Assembly: GCA_950097015.1 (NCBI GenBank)
Contig: CATNEN010000011.1
Location: 5,766,001-5,830,000 of the forward strand
Source: Macrostomum hystrix
Taxonomy: Eukaryota > Animalia > Platyhelminthes
Reading direction: 5' to 3'
DNA length: 64,000 bases
Shown: positions 37,545 to 59,291 of the stretch, piece after piece
Position numbering within the stretch: position 1 is the stretch's first letter
Layout of the letters: each line of letters starts with the position of its first letter
Translations under genes and position numbers: made by a program
The notes under the pieces: model-generated
The model's input: the letters and a program-made list of their open reading frames with translations, nothing else
Databases searched by the model: none
Told to the model about the DNA's origin: nothing

Positions 37545-38519
37545 GGTAACCTAGTTTTATATGCGTATAGTAGTAAACTTCAATGTGAAAATTTGGGGTA
37601 ATGTTAAGCGCGATATGAAATTCTTTGGCTCAGTAATAACCTTTCTTATAGTCTCATATACCCCTTAGGGTCAGGTATGGAAGGAATAAGAATTGAGGTG
37701 GCTGTCTTATGGCTTCAAGCGAAGCTAGAACAGGACTGGTTGTTTTAGCCAGTTGCTAGACCTCTGTCTTTATCTGTCTCTGTCTCTTACAGTTTAAAAT
37801 TGTTCTTCAATTGTGGCCTAGTAACTTCGTTAGTGCGTATATATAGGGCAGCTAGCAGAAAGTCAATGTTAGACTGTATCAGCTTGCAAATGGACTGACA
37901 CTGTATCACGACACCAATAGAAATTTTCTAAATTAAACAGGCCAAGAATGGCTGGCGTCCACATAGCTTGGCACGACAAATGACAAACACCTTAAGCACG
38001 CGGCATCCCAGACACCCAAGAAACTTTCTTCTGTGCCGTTACAGTGGCTAAAGCATTTTCATAGAGCTGATTAATATTATTGAGTGTGCTTTTAGTCCAG
38101 GCAAAGAACGTTATGAAAAAATGGTTTGCATATTTTGTTCACAGCACGAGGCGTTGCTTAATTAAACGCGCTGGTTTTTGCTGTTTACGGAAATATAAAG
38201 AATCGGCGGCAAGGCACGTGATTCTAGGAAAATACGAACGCTTTAAAAAATCCGTTACGCAAATGAAATATGTGGATTTCTTAAATTTAATTAAAAATGT
38301 AATTTATTTTGCTAGTAGAACATAGGCTTTCTGCTGCTCCGATAGTAAGCTACAAGTAAATATTTACTTCTAGTAGCATAAAGAGAATATCGAGAATAGT
38401 TTAAACCTCTTAAGACACGGGAGAGATTAGACACGGGAGAGATTAGACACGGGAGAAATTAGACACGGGAGAGATTAGACACGAGAGAGATGAAACAGGA
38501 CACTGTAGATGTCAGAAGG

Positions 38520-38588
38520 GGCAACGGGCCGGATTTGGGAGCTTCGAGGGCCGCATCTGGCCCGCGGGCCGGAGTTTGCCGACCCCTG
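38520..38588. mobile_element. Terminal fragment of a hAT-Charlie-type element
   Basis: GGCCCGCGGGCCGGAGTTTGCCGACCCCTG is a Charlie/MER-type terminus followed by GTTTAAAC; other end not seen. Confidence 0.55.
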
Positions 38589-38703
38589 GTTTAAACACTC
38601 CGACAAGCACAAATTCTATTTAATAATTCAAGTTTCTAAAGATATTTTTTGTTTTATAAAAAAGCTCCAACATTAAATCTTAAAGAGCAAGAATTTCATT
38701 TCA

Positions 38704-39070
38704 CCCCGTGAATGTACATCACCAACAAGTTCTCTCTTCGCTCTAACCCCTCGTGAATGTACGAGTACATCACCAACAAGTTCTCCCTTCGCTCTAACCC
38801 CTCGTGAATGTACATCACCAACAAGTTCTCTCTTCGCTTTAACAGTCTACTAACCCCTCGTGAATGTACATCAACAACAAGTTCTCTCTTCGCTCTAACC
38901 CCTCGTGAATGTACATCACCAACAAGTTCTCTCTTCGCTCTAACCCCTCGTGAATGTACATCACCAACAAGTTCTCTCTTCGCTCTAACCCCTCGTGAAT
39001 GTACATCACCAACAAGTTCTCTCTTCGCTCTAACAGTCTACTAACCCCTCGTGAATGTACATCAACAACA
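38704..39070. repeat. 45-bp tandem repeat AACCCCTCGTGAATGTACATCACCAACAAGTTCTCTCTTCGCTCT
   Basis: About 7 units with small insertions. Confidence 0.9.
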
Positions 39071-39819
39071 GCGAAGCTCAGCCCTAGAGAATCATGAAAA
39101 ACATATCATCAAAGTTGCATCATACTTGCAGTTTTTCCGCGCGCTTAGATTAACAAAATAGCTGCATGGCAACTGCTGTTGCTACGTAATTAGTGGTAAC
39201 TATAGGATGGCCAAACATCCACAAATACGGGAGTACCCAGCTGGTAACGAATGAGGGCAACAAAAAGTGTGCCATGTCCATCTTGAATCAGCCATGAATT
39301 TCTTTTTATTTGCAGATATCTTTGTTTAACACAGGGATATACTTCAGCAGTCGATTGTGATCAGAATCGTGCTGTTACCGAAGGGTCGTGCCATCAACAA
39401 TATAGTCCAGAAGCGCAGAAAAAAACTATGCTCTTCGACTGAATTCTATTATTTTTTTCTGTTCCTTCTTCTTCTGCGGAAATATGGCCCTAACAACTAA
39501 CTGCCCATTTCCCACCCCAAGCGAGCGCGGAAGAAAGGACAAAAGTACAAACTGACGGATACTCAGCCTTAGAAAGTACGGAGCAGAAGTTTAACGGGAA
39601 GTGCAAGTCTTTAAACAATTCAATTAATCTGCAAAATGTTCCCATCGCCAATTGCAAAAACACTTTCTAAAATAGGAGTGGTGCTCGCGATGTGACAGAG
39701 GTGCGCCACGATAGCTCCAGTTGCTACGCTTGCCTACAAACGTTACGCCCACAAAACTGCGTTTCATAAAGTTCGCAGTGAATCAGCTGACAAACTGGCA
39801 CTGATTTTCTCTCTCTCTG

Positions 39820-40345
39820 ATACTCTGTCACTCCCACTGTCTACCCTGTCACTCCCACTGTCTACCCTGTCACTCCCACTGTCTACCCTGTCACTCCCAC
39901 TGTCTACCCTGTCACTCCCACTGTCTACTCTGTCACTCCCACTGTGTACCCTGTCACTCCCACTGTCTACCCTGTCACTCCCACTGTCTACCCTGTCACT
40001 CCCACTGTCTACCCTGTCACCCCCACTGTCTACCCTGTCACTCCCACTGTCTACCCTGTCACTCCCACTGTCTACTCTGTCACTCTCACTGTCTACCCTG
40101 TCACTCCCACTGTCTACCCTGTCACTCCCACTGTCTAATATGTCACTCCCACTGTCTACTCTGTCACTCCCACTGTCTGTCACTCCCACTGTCTGTCACT
40201 CCCACTGTCTGTCACTCCCACTGTCTGTCACTCCCACTGTCTGTCACTCCCACTGTCTAATATGTCACTCCCACTGTCTAATATGTCACTCCCACTGTCT
40301 ATACTGTCACTCTCACAGTCTTATCTGTCACTCCCACTGTCTCAT
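39820..40345. repeat. 21-bp minisatellite CTGTCACTCCCACTGTCTACC
   Basis: Translates as (DRVDSGS)n; shortens to 17-bp units at the right end. Confidence 0.93.
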
Positions 40346-40598
40346 CTTTAACGAATCCCAGTTTGAGTAGCCAATCGATTTCGAAGAGTTCATTAAAAAG
40401 CCGATCTCAAATGTCAGGTAGCAGAATCTGTGGCAGAAATACTGCAATCCGATTGGCTGAGCGAATCTAGGTAAAATCACAGGCTTCACTCAACAGGCGA
40501 ATCTGATTGAAAATTTCTAACTCACAAATTCTAAAAGACAGCAACAGCAGCAGCAGCAACAGCAGCAGCATTCAGCGCCACCGCTGCTAGAGAGAACT

Positions 40599-48678
<8,080 letters not shown>

Positions 48679-50259
48679 CGCGAAAATGAAAACAAGAATG
48701 AAAAACGTTCTTTACGTTTCGATTTTCAGTTTAGACGTTTCTGCTAAAACAAAATTTAAGTTTTGGAAAGCGCTATAGCGCTGAAGTTGTTGATTAAATC
48801 TCGAGTATACTACTGCTGTTATTACAAATGTACTTTACATAAATTTTGCACATTTTTCTCCCAGACTGTTCATTTTATAAGTATAGACAGCCGCTAATTT
48901 CAGAGATAAACAATTCTAACAAACCTACCCACGGAAAGTTTTAATACTTGTACTTTTATTATTATAACTAATAAATAATGTCTTATAGTATCCCTTAATA
49001 TGGTATAAATTAAAACTAAACAAATACAATTTAAAAAACATGTAAAAGCCTGTCTTACCACACAAAATGTAAATCATTCTTTTTTGCTTTTTATATTTTT
49101 ACGGTGTCGCGCAAACTTAATATAGTAGACAAAATACGAGTTGTTTGAGTTGTGTTAAGGAATGAATAAATTAAGCAAATTAATAAAGTTAATTTGTTTT
49201 GTTTAAATGAGTGTAACATAAATCCTTCATTTTTACCAATTTCTCAAGCAGTGCTTAATAGTTCCTTAAATTTATATCACACGCATAGCATGAAATAAAT
49301 AACTTCTATTTATAGCTTTACTTCGGTTTTTAAAACACAGAAAATATCAATAAACAAAGGAGATCTTTAACATAATGTAAAAAGAAAAGTTTTACCTAGA
49401 AACCACAGAATTAGCGGTTTAAATAATGGAAGCGGATTTCAGAAAACCGAATACGAAAATAGAAATCTTGGAAGACAGGTCACTTCTGTTCCTCGACAAA
49501 AAAGCTTATTAAAATAACTGACATTCAGAAAAATATTCAACCATAAAAATCTGCAAATTGTTACTTTGTCATGAAAGTAGTATAAAATGAAATTTGTACA
49601 TATTTCATTCGAAGTCAACAAAAAAAGATAGAAAATGGGTATAAAAATGAACGGTCGCAGAATGTGTTGTAAAAATATGAATTCCATTCCTAAAAAACTA
49701 TTTATATTAATTAGAAATCAAACACCAAGAGAAGGAATGTATAAAAAGTCATAAATTCATTGAATGAACTTGCTCAATTTGCATTCTTAAGATTTTAATT
49801 ATACGGTGTTTCTAAATTTTGCCTGGTCTAAAAATAGCTGTGGGACTTCACTAGCTTAAAAATCTAAAAATAAACTTAGGTAATCAGAAGTCTAAAAATT
49901 GCTGGAGAATCCCCGACTAAACTCTAGATCTGTGTTGAAAATTCTAAAATGTTTTTTTGGAATTCTAAGATATTCCAGATTCTTACACTTTGAATAATTG
50001 TTGCGTAACAGAATTGATTAATCATTAGAATGCAAAATTCTAGTGAAATGAGCCTAGAAATACAATAATGTTTTTAAAGAAATTTACATCACAATGAAAC
50101 TGGACTTAATTTATATCAAGCTGTTTAAAATAATAATAAGAAAAAGACTAAAAAATAGCCATGATTTTGGATTCCCTAGAACTATAAATAGAAAGAGAAA
50201 TCCTCAATGCTATAAATAGAAGTTACATTTTTTAATTCATTGACCGCCCAGTAAGCGGG

Positions 50260-52900
50260 TCAGATGTAGAGCAGGTCATTGGTGGAGAAGATCTGCACGA
50301 ACAGTTTGGCAGCCAGTCTGACTCGTTCAGTTTTGCTGGGTTTCAGAGGCGAACCGGCGCCTGAAATCTGCCGGTGGCCGTACAGCTGCAGCTCTTGAAC
50401 CTCGTCGCCGCCTTTAAACCATTCGTCCTGATCGATTTGGCCGTGAGCCAGGAAGGCGTCAACCAGAGCGCGCTCGGATCGAATTTCGAAGGCGATCACT
50501 CGCTGATCAGGCCGGCGATAAAATATCAGTGCCTCGTTCCATTCCGGATCGCCGGTGTTTGGTAGGGCGCGAGTTCGAGCCCTGGCGCCGCCGCCGTCGC
50601 AGGCAACCTGGCAGTAGGGATTCGCGCCAAAAACTGGGCGGGGCAGGCCGCGCGCGCTTAGGACCAGCACCCGGGTGCCGACCTCCGGGTAGGCGGAGAA
50701 TGCGAAACACAGAGAGGCCGGCGGTTGGTCAGCAACCAGCTCACTGCCAATGTTGACAGGGTGGGGCAGAGTGTGTGATGGCAGGGTAGAGGTAGCGATG
50801 GCAGGGTAGAGGTAGCGATGGCAGGGTAGAGGTAGCGATGGCAGGGTAGAGGTAGCGATGGCAGGGTAGAGGTAGCGATGGCAGGGTAGAGGTAGCGATG
50901 GCAGGGTAGGGCAGAGTGTGTGATGGCAGGGTAGAGGTAGCGATGGCAGGGTAGAGGTAGCGATGGCAGGGTAGGGCAGAGTGTGTGATGGCAGGGTAGA
51001 GGTAGTGATGGCAGGGCAGAGTGTGTGATGTTAGGGTAGAGGTAGAGATGGCAGGGTAGAGGTAGCGATGGCAGGGTAGAGTGTGTGATGGCAGGGTAGA
51101 GTGTATGATACTTGCATGATACTGGCAGGGTAGATAGGGCAGAGTGTGCACTGAGAGATTAGATAGGGTAGAGTGTGCAATGACAGAGTAGATTGGGTAG
51201 ATTGGGAGCTGGCAGGCACTAACCGGGCATTGCAGGAGGCTCCCCTTGAGTAGATTCTGAGCACAAAGAAGCCCTCCTGGCTGGCAATCTCAGTGCAGGG
51301 CAGCAGTATGTAGCGGCCAGGGGGCAGTCGCAGGCCAAAGGTGATCCGCTGCACCACGGAGCAGGCCGTGTGCTGCAGAACCTGGCAGAACTCGAGTCGG
51401 TGAGCTCGGTACTCTCGATTGGACTCAACCTTGAGCAGCAGTAGGCCGATTGACAGCAGGTCGTGGGGCGTCGATTCGTAACGCTGGCTCAGGCTGATGT
51501 CGAACTCCAGCTCCTGCCCAGCGACCTCCAGCATGTACTGCGGGATTCGGAGGTTCTATGCAAATTGCACTACTTGCAGTAGGCTAATTGGAGTAGTAGT
51601 AAAAATGAAGAGCTGACGGAAACAGATGACGGAAATTGGGACAACAAAAGCAAGAGGCAGATTTTATATTTTTAGGTAAATTCAGAGACGAATGGGTAAT
51701 GGATGGATTGAGGCAAAAGAGATGAAGGGAGAGGATCTAATAATAGTAGTAATAATTGCAGCAGGGCTGCGGGCAATGGCACATCACTTGGTGACACCAG
51801 ACCCGCAGCCAGCGAGGAGGCAATTCTGTCCACTTCGCTGACTCCTGAGCACGCACTCACACAGGTGTGTACATCTGCGCTGACTTTCTCATCGGCAATC
51901 ACTGTACACCCTCACAGTGCCTTGGAGGTTGGCCCTCAAAGGCGTAAATTGCATGACAAGCCCCCAACCCTTCCGCGGCTGCGCCCCAAACGAATGTGGC
52001 CTCGCGGCGGAATCGAGCTCGGGACCTTGGCGCGAGAGGAAAAGGCGTTTGACCGCTCTGCCACTCAACCCACCAAGGGAGAGGGTAAGAGGCGAAGGGA
52101 GAGAGCAGAAGATAAAGGCAGGGAGGAGACTGGGCCAGACCTGAGGGTTGGTGAGGGGCCGGCCGCCCTTCTCCAGACATCCGCCAGACAGCCACTCTGT
52201 CCAGGCCCCGCGGAACACAGCCTCATGCCAGGTGTGCCGCATGGACAGCATGGACAGGTTGTGCACCCGGCAGACAATGAGCTCGGAGAAATTCTCGCAC
52301 AGATCAGCCAGAGACATCCAGGAGTCCGATTCGTCGTCGTAGTTCAGGCCGTAGCGATCCAAGTCTGCATCTGACAGGTTGGCCAACTCGGCTGAGCCTT
52401 CGCTCCAGGGACCGCGCCAGGCGCCGCGTCGCTGCCCGTTCGGGTTGCGAATCCGGACCAAGCGAAGCTTACGTCGCGGGTCGCCGCGCTGCTGGGCCAT
52501 CTGGACCAGGTCATGGAAGCGCAGGGCGTCAACGGCGACGCAGCGGACGGCGGTGACAAGATAGGCGTGGCAGGGGATCAGGCCGCGGCTAGTCTCCGAG
52601 TGGGGATCGGCAGATCTCATCGGCTGGGAATTAATAGAAATTTTTTTGTTTGTGCTCACGGCAAGAGAAATTGAATGGCATGCAAGCGACAAAAAAGTCT
52701 TGAAAAAAACTGAAATGGAAAACTTAAACAAGAAAACTCGCACACACACATTAAAATGGAACACACCTGCACTTTCTCTTTCTAAAGCAGTTTTTTCATC
52801 CAAACATATCTATTGCCACTCTTTCCACTTCTAATAATCTTTCAAAATTTTTATATTTTTTACACATTTCCTCATTTCTTCTCCCTCCCTGTTTCATACC

Positions 52901-52942
<42 letters not shown>

Positions 52943-55900
52943 GTGCCACATCATTTGGTGACACTAGACCCGAAGCCAGCGAGGAGGCAGTTCTGCCCAT
53001 TTCGCTAAATCCTAAGCACACACCCACACAGGTGTGTACATCTGCCCTGACTCTCTCATCGGCAGTCACTGTACACTCTCACTGTGCCTTGGAGGTTGGC
53101 CCCTTAAGGGCGAAAACTGCACGCGGCTCTCCGCGGCTGCGCCCCAAATAAATGTGGCCTCCCCTCAGAGTCGAGCTCAGGACCTTGGTGCGATAGGCAA
53201 ACGCGCTATACCGCTCTGCCACCCACCCCACCCAGTTTCTCCTTTTTAACAATTTTCTCCACTTGTTCACTTACCTCCTTTCCTACTATAATTATCCCAC
53301 ATTCCTCGATCTGTATCGCATATTCCTCTCACTCAACCGAAACGCCGATTGAGTGTGCTCAAACTATGCCAACCAACCCAGAATCAAAGCCAGAGCTAAT
53401 CCAACAGACCAGACAAAACTGGAATTTACACATAGAATTAGGCAGATCAATAAAACTGCTCAAATAGTCTGCTCAGTCAGGTCAAAACACTTGCCGTCCT
53501 AGCAACAAGACCTGACTGCTGCTACCGCTGACAATGTACTTTTCAGTCTCTAACTGCCTTCCGGTCGCACTGACACTGTGCACTGATTTATTTTTAGCAC
53601 AAAAATCACGCCACTGCAGTTCAACTATTTGTATTGACATTTTGATGAAACAGAATACAACTTAAACCAATGAAAACTATCGTAAGAAAAAGAACAAGAA
53701 TTAAAATTAAAAAAAAGCACAATTTCCTTACCAAGTTTTAGTTGATTCTAAAAGGTTATAAGCAGTTTCACGTCAAAAATAAGTACGGTCGCAGTAATTC
53801 ACTTCTTTTAAACTAATTTAAATTATTGAAACTTTTAACTCCAGATACAAAATCCCTTATAAAATATAATTAATAATCTCGATTTTCAATACCAGATCCT
53901 ATAAAACTGATCCTTAAATACGATCATGGATCAAAGCTACGATTCAGGATCCTTAATCCCGATGACAGTTAAAATCAAAATCAAAGTCTCTTTGATTTTC
54001 CATCTCAGATCCCAAGTCGCCCAGATTCAAGAAATCCCAAAACTCCGAAAATATCCCAAAACGTCAAAAAATCCCGAAACTCCGAAAATTTCCCAAAACT
54101 CCGAAAAAATCCCAAAACTCTGAAAATAGCCTATCCCAAAAAATTCCCTAGACTCCAAAACATCCCCATGCTCACACTATCGGGCAGGGCGGGCGTCACT
54201 TTGAGCAGCAGCAGCGACCTCTGCTCGAGTTCCGCTTGAAGGCGTTCAAACACCAGCAGTTGAGTCTTCTCAAGGGCGGCAGCTGTGCCGCTGGCGTTGG
54301 CCACAACATCCGGCGAAGGGGTCAGGGCCACAGAATGACACAGACCGCCAGTGGCACACTCAAGGCCCTGCTCAAGGGTCATGGACTCCAAACTCTTATA
54401 AGATCCGTGAAGCTTGGCCATGGCTTTCTCGAGCAGAGGAGCGAAGAACTCGCCGGAGTCTGGCGAATGAGCGAATGGCATCGACTGGCCGGAGGTCGAC
54501 CGGGGCAGCCGGTCATCGATGACAATTCGATGCGGTTCGTCGTTAAAGTGCAAGCGAAAGTGGAAGGCGCCGGTGTAGCGCACCGGGTCAAGCAGCTCCT
54601 GTTCCTGGGAACGCAGATCCGGCATAGCCTGAAATTGTTTTATGGTTTGGTAAATAGTCTCGTAGCCTAGTAGGGGTTGTAGGCTTGAAGGGGTTGTAGG
54701 CTTGTAGGGGTTGTAGCCCAGTAGGGGTTGTAGGCTTGTAGGGGTTGTAGGCTTGTAGGGGTTGTAGGCTTGTAGGGGTTGTAGGCTTGTAGGGGTTGTA
54801 GGCTTGTAGGGGTTGTAGGCTTGTAGGGGTTGTAGGCTTGTAGGGGTTGTAGGCTTGTAGGGGTTGTAGGCTTGTAGGGGTTGTAGGCTTGTAGGGGTTG
54901 TAGGCTTGTAGGGGTTGTAGGCTTGTAGGGGTTGTAGGCTTGTAGGGGTTGTAGGCTTGTAGGGGTTGTAGCCCAGTAGGGGTTGTAGCCCAGTAGGGGT
55001 TGTAGCCCAGTAGGGGTTGTAGCCCAGTAGGGGTTGTAGCCCAGTAGGGGGGGGTTGTAGCCCAGTAGGGGTTGTAGCCCAGTAGGGGTTGTAGCCCAGT
55101 AGGGGTTGTAGCCCAGTAGGGGTTGTAGCCCAGTAGGGGTTGTAGCCCAGTAGGGGTTGTAGCCCAGTAGGGGTTGTAGCCCAGTAGGGGTTGTAGCCCA
55201 GTAGGGGTTGTAGCCCAGTAGGGGTTGTAGCCCAGTAGGGGTTGTAGCCCAGTAGGGGTTGTAGCCCAGTAGGGGTTGTAGCCCAGTAGGGGTTGTAGCC
55301 CAGTAGGGGTTGTAGCCCAGTAGGGGTTGTAGCCCAGTAGGGGTTGTAGCCCAGTAGGGGTTGTAGCCCAGTAGGGGTTGTAGCCCAGTAGGGGTTGTAG
55401 CCCAGTAGGGGTTGTAGCCCAGTAGGGGTTGTAGCCCAGTAGGGGTTGTAGCCCAGTAGGGGTTGTAGCCCAGTAGGGGTTGTAGCCCAGTAGGGGTTGT
55501 AGCCCAGTAGGGGTTGTAGCCCAGTAGGGGTTGTAGCCCAGTAGGGGTTGTAGCCCAGTAGGGGTTATATTATTCACTATTATATTATTATCATTATCAC
55601 CTTCTCGGCATACTCGGGCCAGACCAGCAGGGCGGCAGCCACGGCTGGCACCCAGCAGGCGCCAAGAGGTCCGTGCAAAATTTCGCGTGACCTTTTCTCT
55701 TTGATGAGAATACAGGCCGAGTCTGAGATTGTCTGCGGAGTGATTGGAAATTTAGAGTTGAATGATAATGACCAGGATTTTTTTCGAAGGTAATGGTTAT
55801 ATTTACTCCTGTTGTCATGTAGACAAAATTGAGGTAAGTAAAGATACGAGTTAATAAAGGGACATTACCTTTATTTTATCCCATCGAATTGAGTCATCGG

Positions 55901-56051
55901 GGACATCAACAGAAAACAGTGACTGAGTACTAGCAGGAAATTTGGCATCATCAAAGACTGTGCCAGAATTTCTGCACTGTTTGCGGATATTATCAAAGTG
56001 CTGATTTTGGAAGTCAATGGGTGACTCTAGGAACTTAAGAAAGGCTGTCAT
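50260..56051 (-). CDS. CAPN5: Calpain-5/TRA-3-like protease (CysPc + domain III + C2), 6 exons, about 682 aa
   Basis: Exons 56051-55869, 55732-55601, 54628-54176, 52623-52141, 51537-51224, 50743-50260; LGACW, VIDDRLP, LLEKAMAKLHGSY, CHAY, RIRNP, NPQY, RELVADQPP, C2 domain; no penta-EF. Confidence 0.9.
50760..51130. repeat. 20-bp minisatellite GGCAGGGTAGAGGTAGCGAT in last calpain intron
   Basis: Tandem units with GTGTGTGAT variants. Confidence 0.9.
51745..52075 (-). mobile_element. SINE family A in calpain intron 4
   Basis: Homology to the other copies; ATT/ACT tail. Confidence 0.8.
52901..53230 (-). mobile_element. SINE family A in calpain intron 3, with long (ATT)n tail
   Basis: Homology plus about 40 bp (TAA)n at 52901-52941. 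Confidence 0.82.
54670..55565. repeat. 17-bp minisatellite GTAGGGGTTGTAG(CCCA/GCTT) in calpain intron 2
   Basis: Two homogeneous variant zones. Confidence 0.95.
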
Positions 56052-58777
56052 TTTGGATTGAAACTGCAAATGAGAAAGTGTTGGATGAAAAATGGATTAA
56101 TGATAAATCCTGATTAATGGTTAAAGTCTTATGATTAATAACTTTATAGCCCAAACATTTTTACGCTTTTTAAATGAGCATGAAACCGTCTATGATGGCA
56201 TAAATGAAAATGGATGAAAGGGATATAGTAGTATTGTTTTTTTAGAATTAGGTCATTGAAAAAAATTTAAGAACCTTGATAAATACATTTACACCATTAA
56301 GCAAGACTTTAATTTTACTTTACTACTTGAATACAATATAATTAGCTATCAATCATATTTTGCATAAAACGTTTCTAAGTTGCAAAAAAACAATATTTGC
56401 AAAAATGTAATTAGCACAGAAAGTCTAAGATAACTATAATGTTATTGGAGTTTTAGATTATCCTTAAAAATTCTTTAAAAATATACTAACTCACTAGCAC
56501 TACTATTGCGAAGTTAAATATCATGTTTGATACATGACCTCAACTACTTACATCACACATTAAAAAGCAAAAAGCGACAATAAAATGTATGTAGACAAAC
56601 GAAGCTTTATTAGAATACAAATAACACCAATTGCAGCTTTTTGTGTTCGTTGCATAAATGATAGAGATACGTGAGTTAGCTACAAAACACTTAACCAAAT
56701 CCAAATGTGATATTTATTACGTCAGTTTTAGTTATAAATTTTACTCAACGAACAAAAATAATAATATAATAAGTGATTTATAGGTTCATTCAACTTCTAG
56801 GAATAAATGCATTTTAAATTTATGGGAGAAACGGAAAACAAGGGATTCCGTGCGAAATTCTGTATACTCGTAAATTACGTTTAACAACTCAAATATTTTC
56901 AACCCCCGAAAATTACTAATGCACAAATGATTTTGAAGTGCATATTCAATATCTACCATATGTCTGGTACAGATTTTCACATAATAAGTTTCACAGATTT
57001 CGAACTAGACGGCCTGATCAAAGATGAGCACAAGCAGATGTGTAATTTTTTTCACAGAAAAGTGAAAGAACACACGCGTTTTTATTGCACCCTGAGGAAA
57101 GTTCATCATGAAAGTTTTATTAAACAGAAACTATTTAAAGCCAGGAACTATGTGACAAACTTTACTACTCCTATTGTTAGAGGCTCTATATTTTCTCAAT
57201 ATTAGAGTTTCTTAGGGTTTATATAATTTCTATACATTTCATATTCAACTCATATTTTTATAAAATATTTCATTTCTACTAAAAGCTATGCCCAGTAGCT
57301 TCGTAAAGCCATCATGCAGTCAATGCAACAATTTCGATACTACTGCAATCGACACACTACTTTTATAAGTGTCTCCATTATGCTTTTCGCGCCCAGCTTT
57401 TTGTACAACGATATTCAATATCACGATTCTGTGGTACATAAAAAACACATATATACTTCAATTTATGCACTTCCCTTACTTTACATAAGTGTGTGCTGCA
57501 TTTTTATACTGCGGCCGCAATTAAAAGCTGTCTCCGTCAGATATATTTTTCGGGCTGAGCTCCGGCGTCCGGGTTGGCGTGTACTGCAGCGATCCTAACT
57601 CCATCCAAATCCCTTTCCTGATCAGCTTGCTATGATTCATTATAACCGTTGTAACCATTATAACCGCTATAAATGTATATCTCCGCGAGTGATATCACAT
57701 TGAATTCGCTTCCCCCAAGCTTACTCGGCTGAGCTCGATATTCATTTTTTCTAGGGTCGAGTTGATCCAAATTTATAAATATCTGGCATATGTCTGCTGC
57801 GGTCAAGGACTGCTCAATTAACATATATATAAAATTATTAAGTTGTCCTTGGCTGCTGCATGCATAGTGGTGCCCTCTTGCAAATAATATTACTTATGAA
57901 TGGCTTGTTGACTGTTGTGAAAGTTCTCAAATGCCTGCATGCTCTGTATCGATCGCACAGTACGCGTTAATGAATCCATCGACATGCACATTGAAGCCAT
58001 CGGGATCAGGACGGTCAAGAGTGAAGGCTATTTTTATTCTAAAAAGTCTGCACAAACACATAGTTTAGATGATATTAGAATTAAAGGAACTTTAAGCTCC
58101 GAGGCCATTTGATCGTCTTGCTGCGTTCTGAAATTTAGCCTGGAGAAGTGTTATAATTAGTTAATGCGGCCAAATTGCAGCAGAGATACAGTGCACAGGA
58201 GGCAACAGCTTTAGCGATGCTAAAATCGAACTCGTGATGTTGATCGTGATCTATACACAGCACGTACTGATCGTTCATAACCATAAATAATATTCATACT
58301 GTATATATTAGCGCCTCGCGCTCGTATTGCAGCTGCATCTACTATAAAGCTATCTAAGTTTCTTTCTTAGAATGTCCATTGCTTCCCTGCCTCCCTATCC
58401 TGCCCTGCCCAGCAAAAAAATTTGCATATTTCGCTTCGCTTGCTACATTTTACCGAGGTCCATCTTATGATACGACGCTACGCTCCATAGTTACGCATGT
58501 ACTGCATGAACATAAAATTTACAGTTCTGTTAAATCATTGATCCAGAATCCAGTTAAGCCTACTTTGATTTTAACATTGACTCCGAATTTCTGCAACGAC
58601 TTGACTTGAATAACCAAACTACTGCAAGCCTACGCGCTTAATTACTTATCACTACTATAAATACGATTATTATGATAACTGATTCGCGTCGACTTACGGT
58701 TATTGTTGACAATAAGAATAATGAATTCGCAATGAGACAGCCAGGTTTATCGTGCCACAAAATCATGCCATGCCAAT

Positions 58778-59274
58778 GGTTTACTCCCAATTCGCCGAAT
58801 CCCGATTCGCCGAAATTCCCGATTCGCCGATTCCTGATTCGCCGAATTCCCTCTTTGCCGAAAAAATTGCTAAGAACATTTTTTGCTGAGCTACCGTACC
58901 TCATTACACTTTTACTTTCGGCTCTACAAGGATGTCCAGCAAGTTTTGCTTTTCCGAAGTACGTGTGATGTTCTTTGCTCACTCAGTCTACGTTCCAGAA
59001 AGTTAATAAAGTTTAGAAGCAAATTTAGAATTTAATGAATGAAGAAACTGCATTTCATTTAAGTTCGTTTTTTAATTAATTTCAATACAATAGAAATAGA
59101 GTTCCAATATTTGACCAACACTCAAAGAGGGCAATGGTTATGTCGTTTAATTTTAATTTATGATAAAGTAAGATGTATAGCGAATCAGGATTCGAGTCAG
59201 GAATTTCGGCAAATCGGGAATTCGGCGAAGCGGGAATTTCGGCGAATCGGGAATCGGCGAATCGGGAGTAAACC
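58778..59274. mobile_element. Non-autonomous Mutator/foldback-like MITE
   Basis: TIRs start GGTTTACTCCC and continue as ~70-90 bp arms of ATTCGCCGA/ATTCCCG subrepeats; 9-bp TSD CATGCCAAT at 58769-58777 and 59275-59283. Confidence 0.85.
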
Positions 59275-59291
59275 CATGCCAATGCCATCGT

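Noticed and set aside
38399-38406. GTTTAAAC as left TSD of the Charlie-type end
   Set aside because: It is not followed by a matching CAGGGG terminus, so the element boundaries cannot be defined.
54670-55565. Telomere-like repeat (TAGGGGTT)
   Set aside because: The unit is 17 bp, not TTAGGG, and it is intronic.
56786-58350. Short ORFs at 56.9-58.3 kb and possible Helitron end
   Set aside because: No recognisable motifs, no consistent splice chain, and no hairpin+CTRR terminus.
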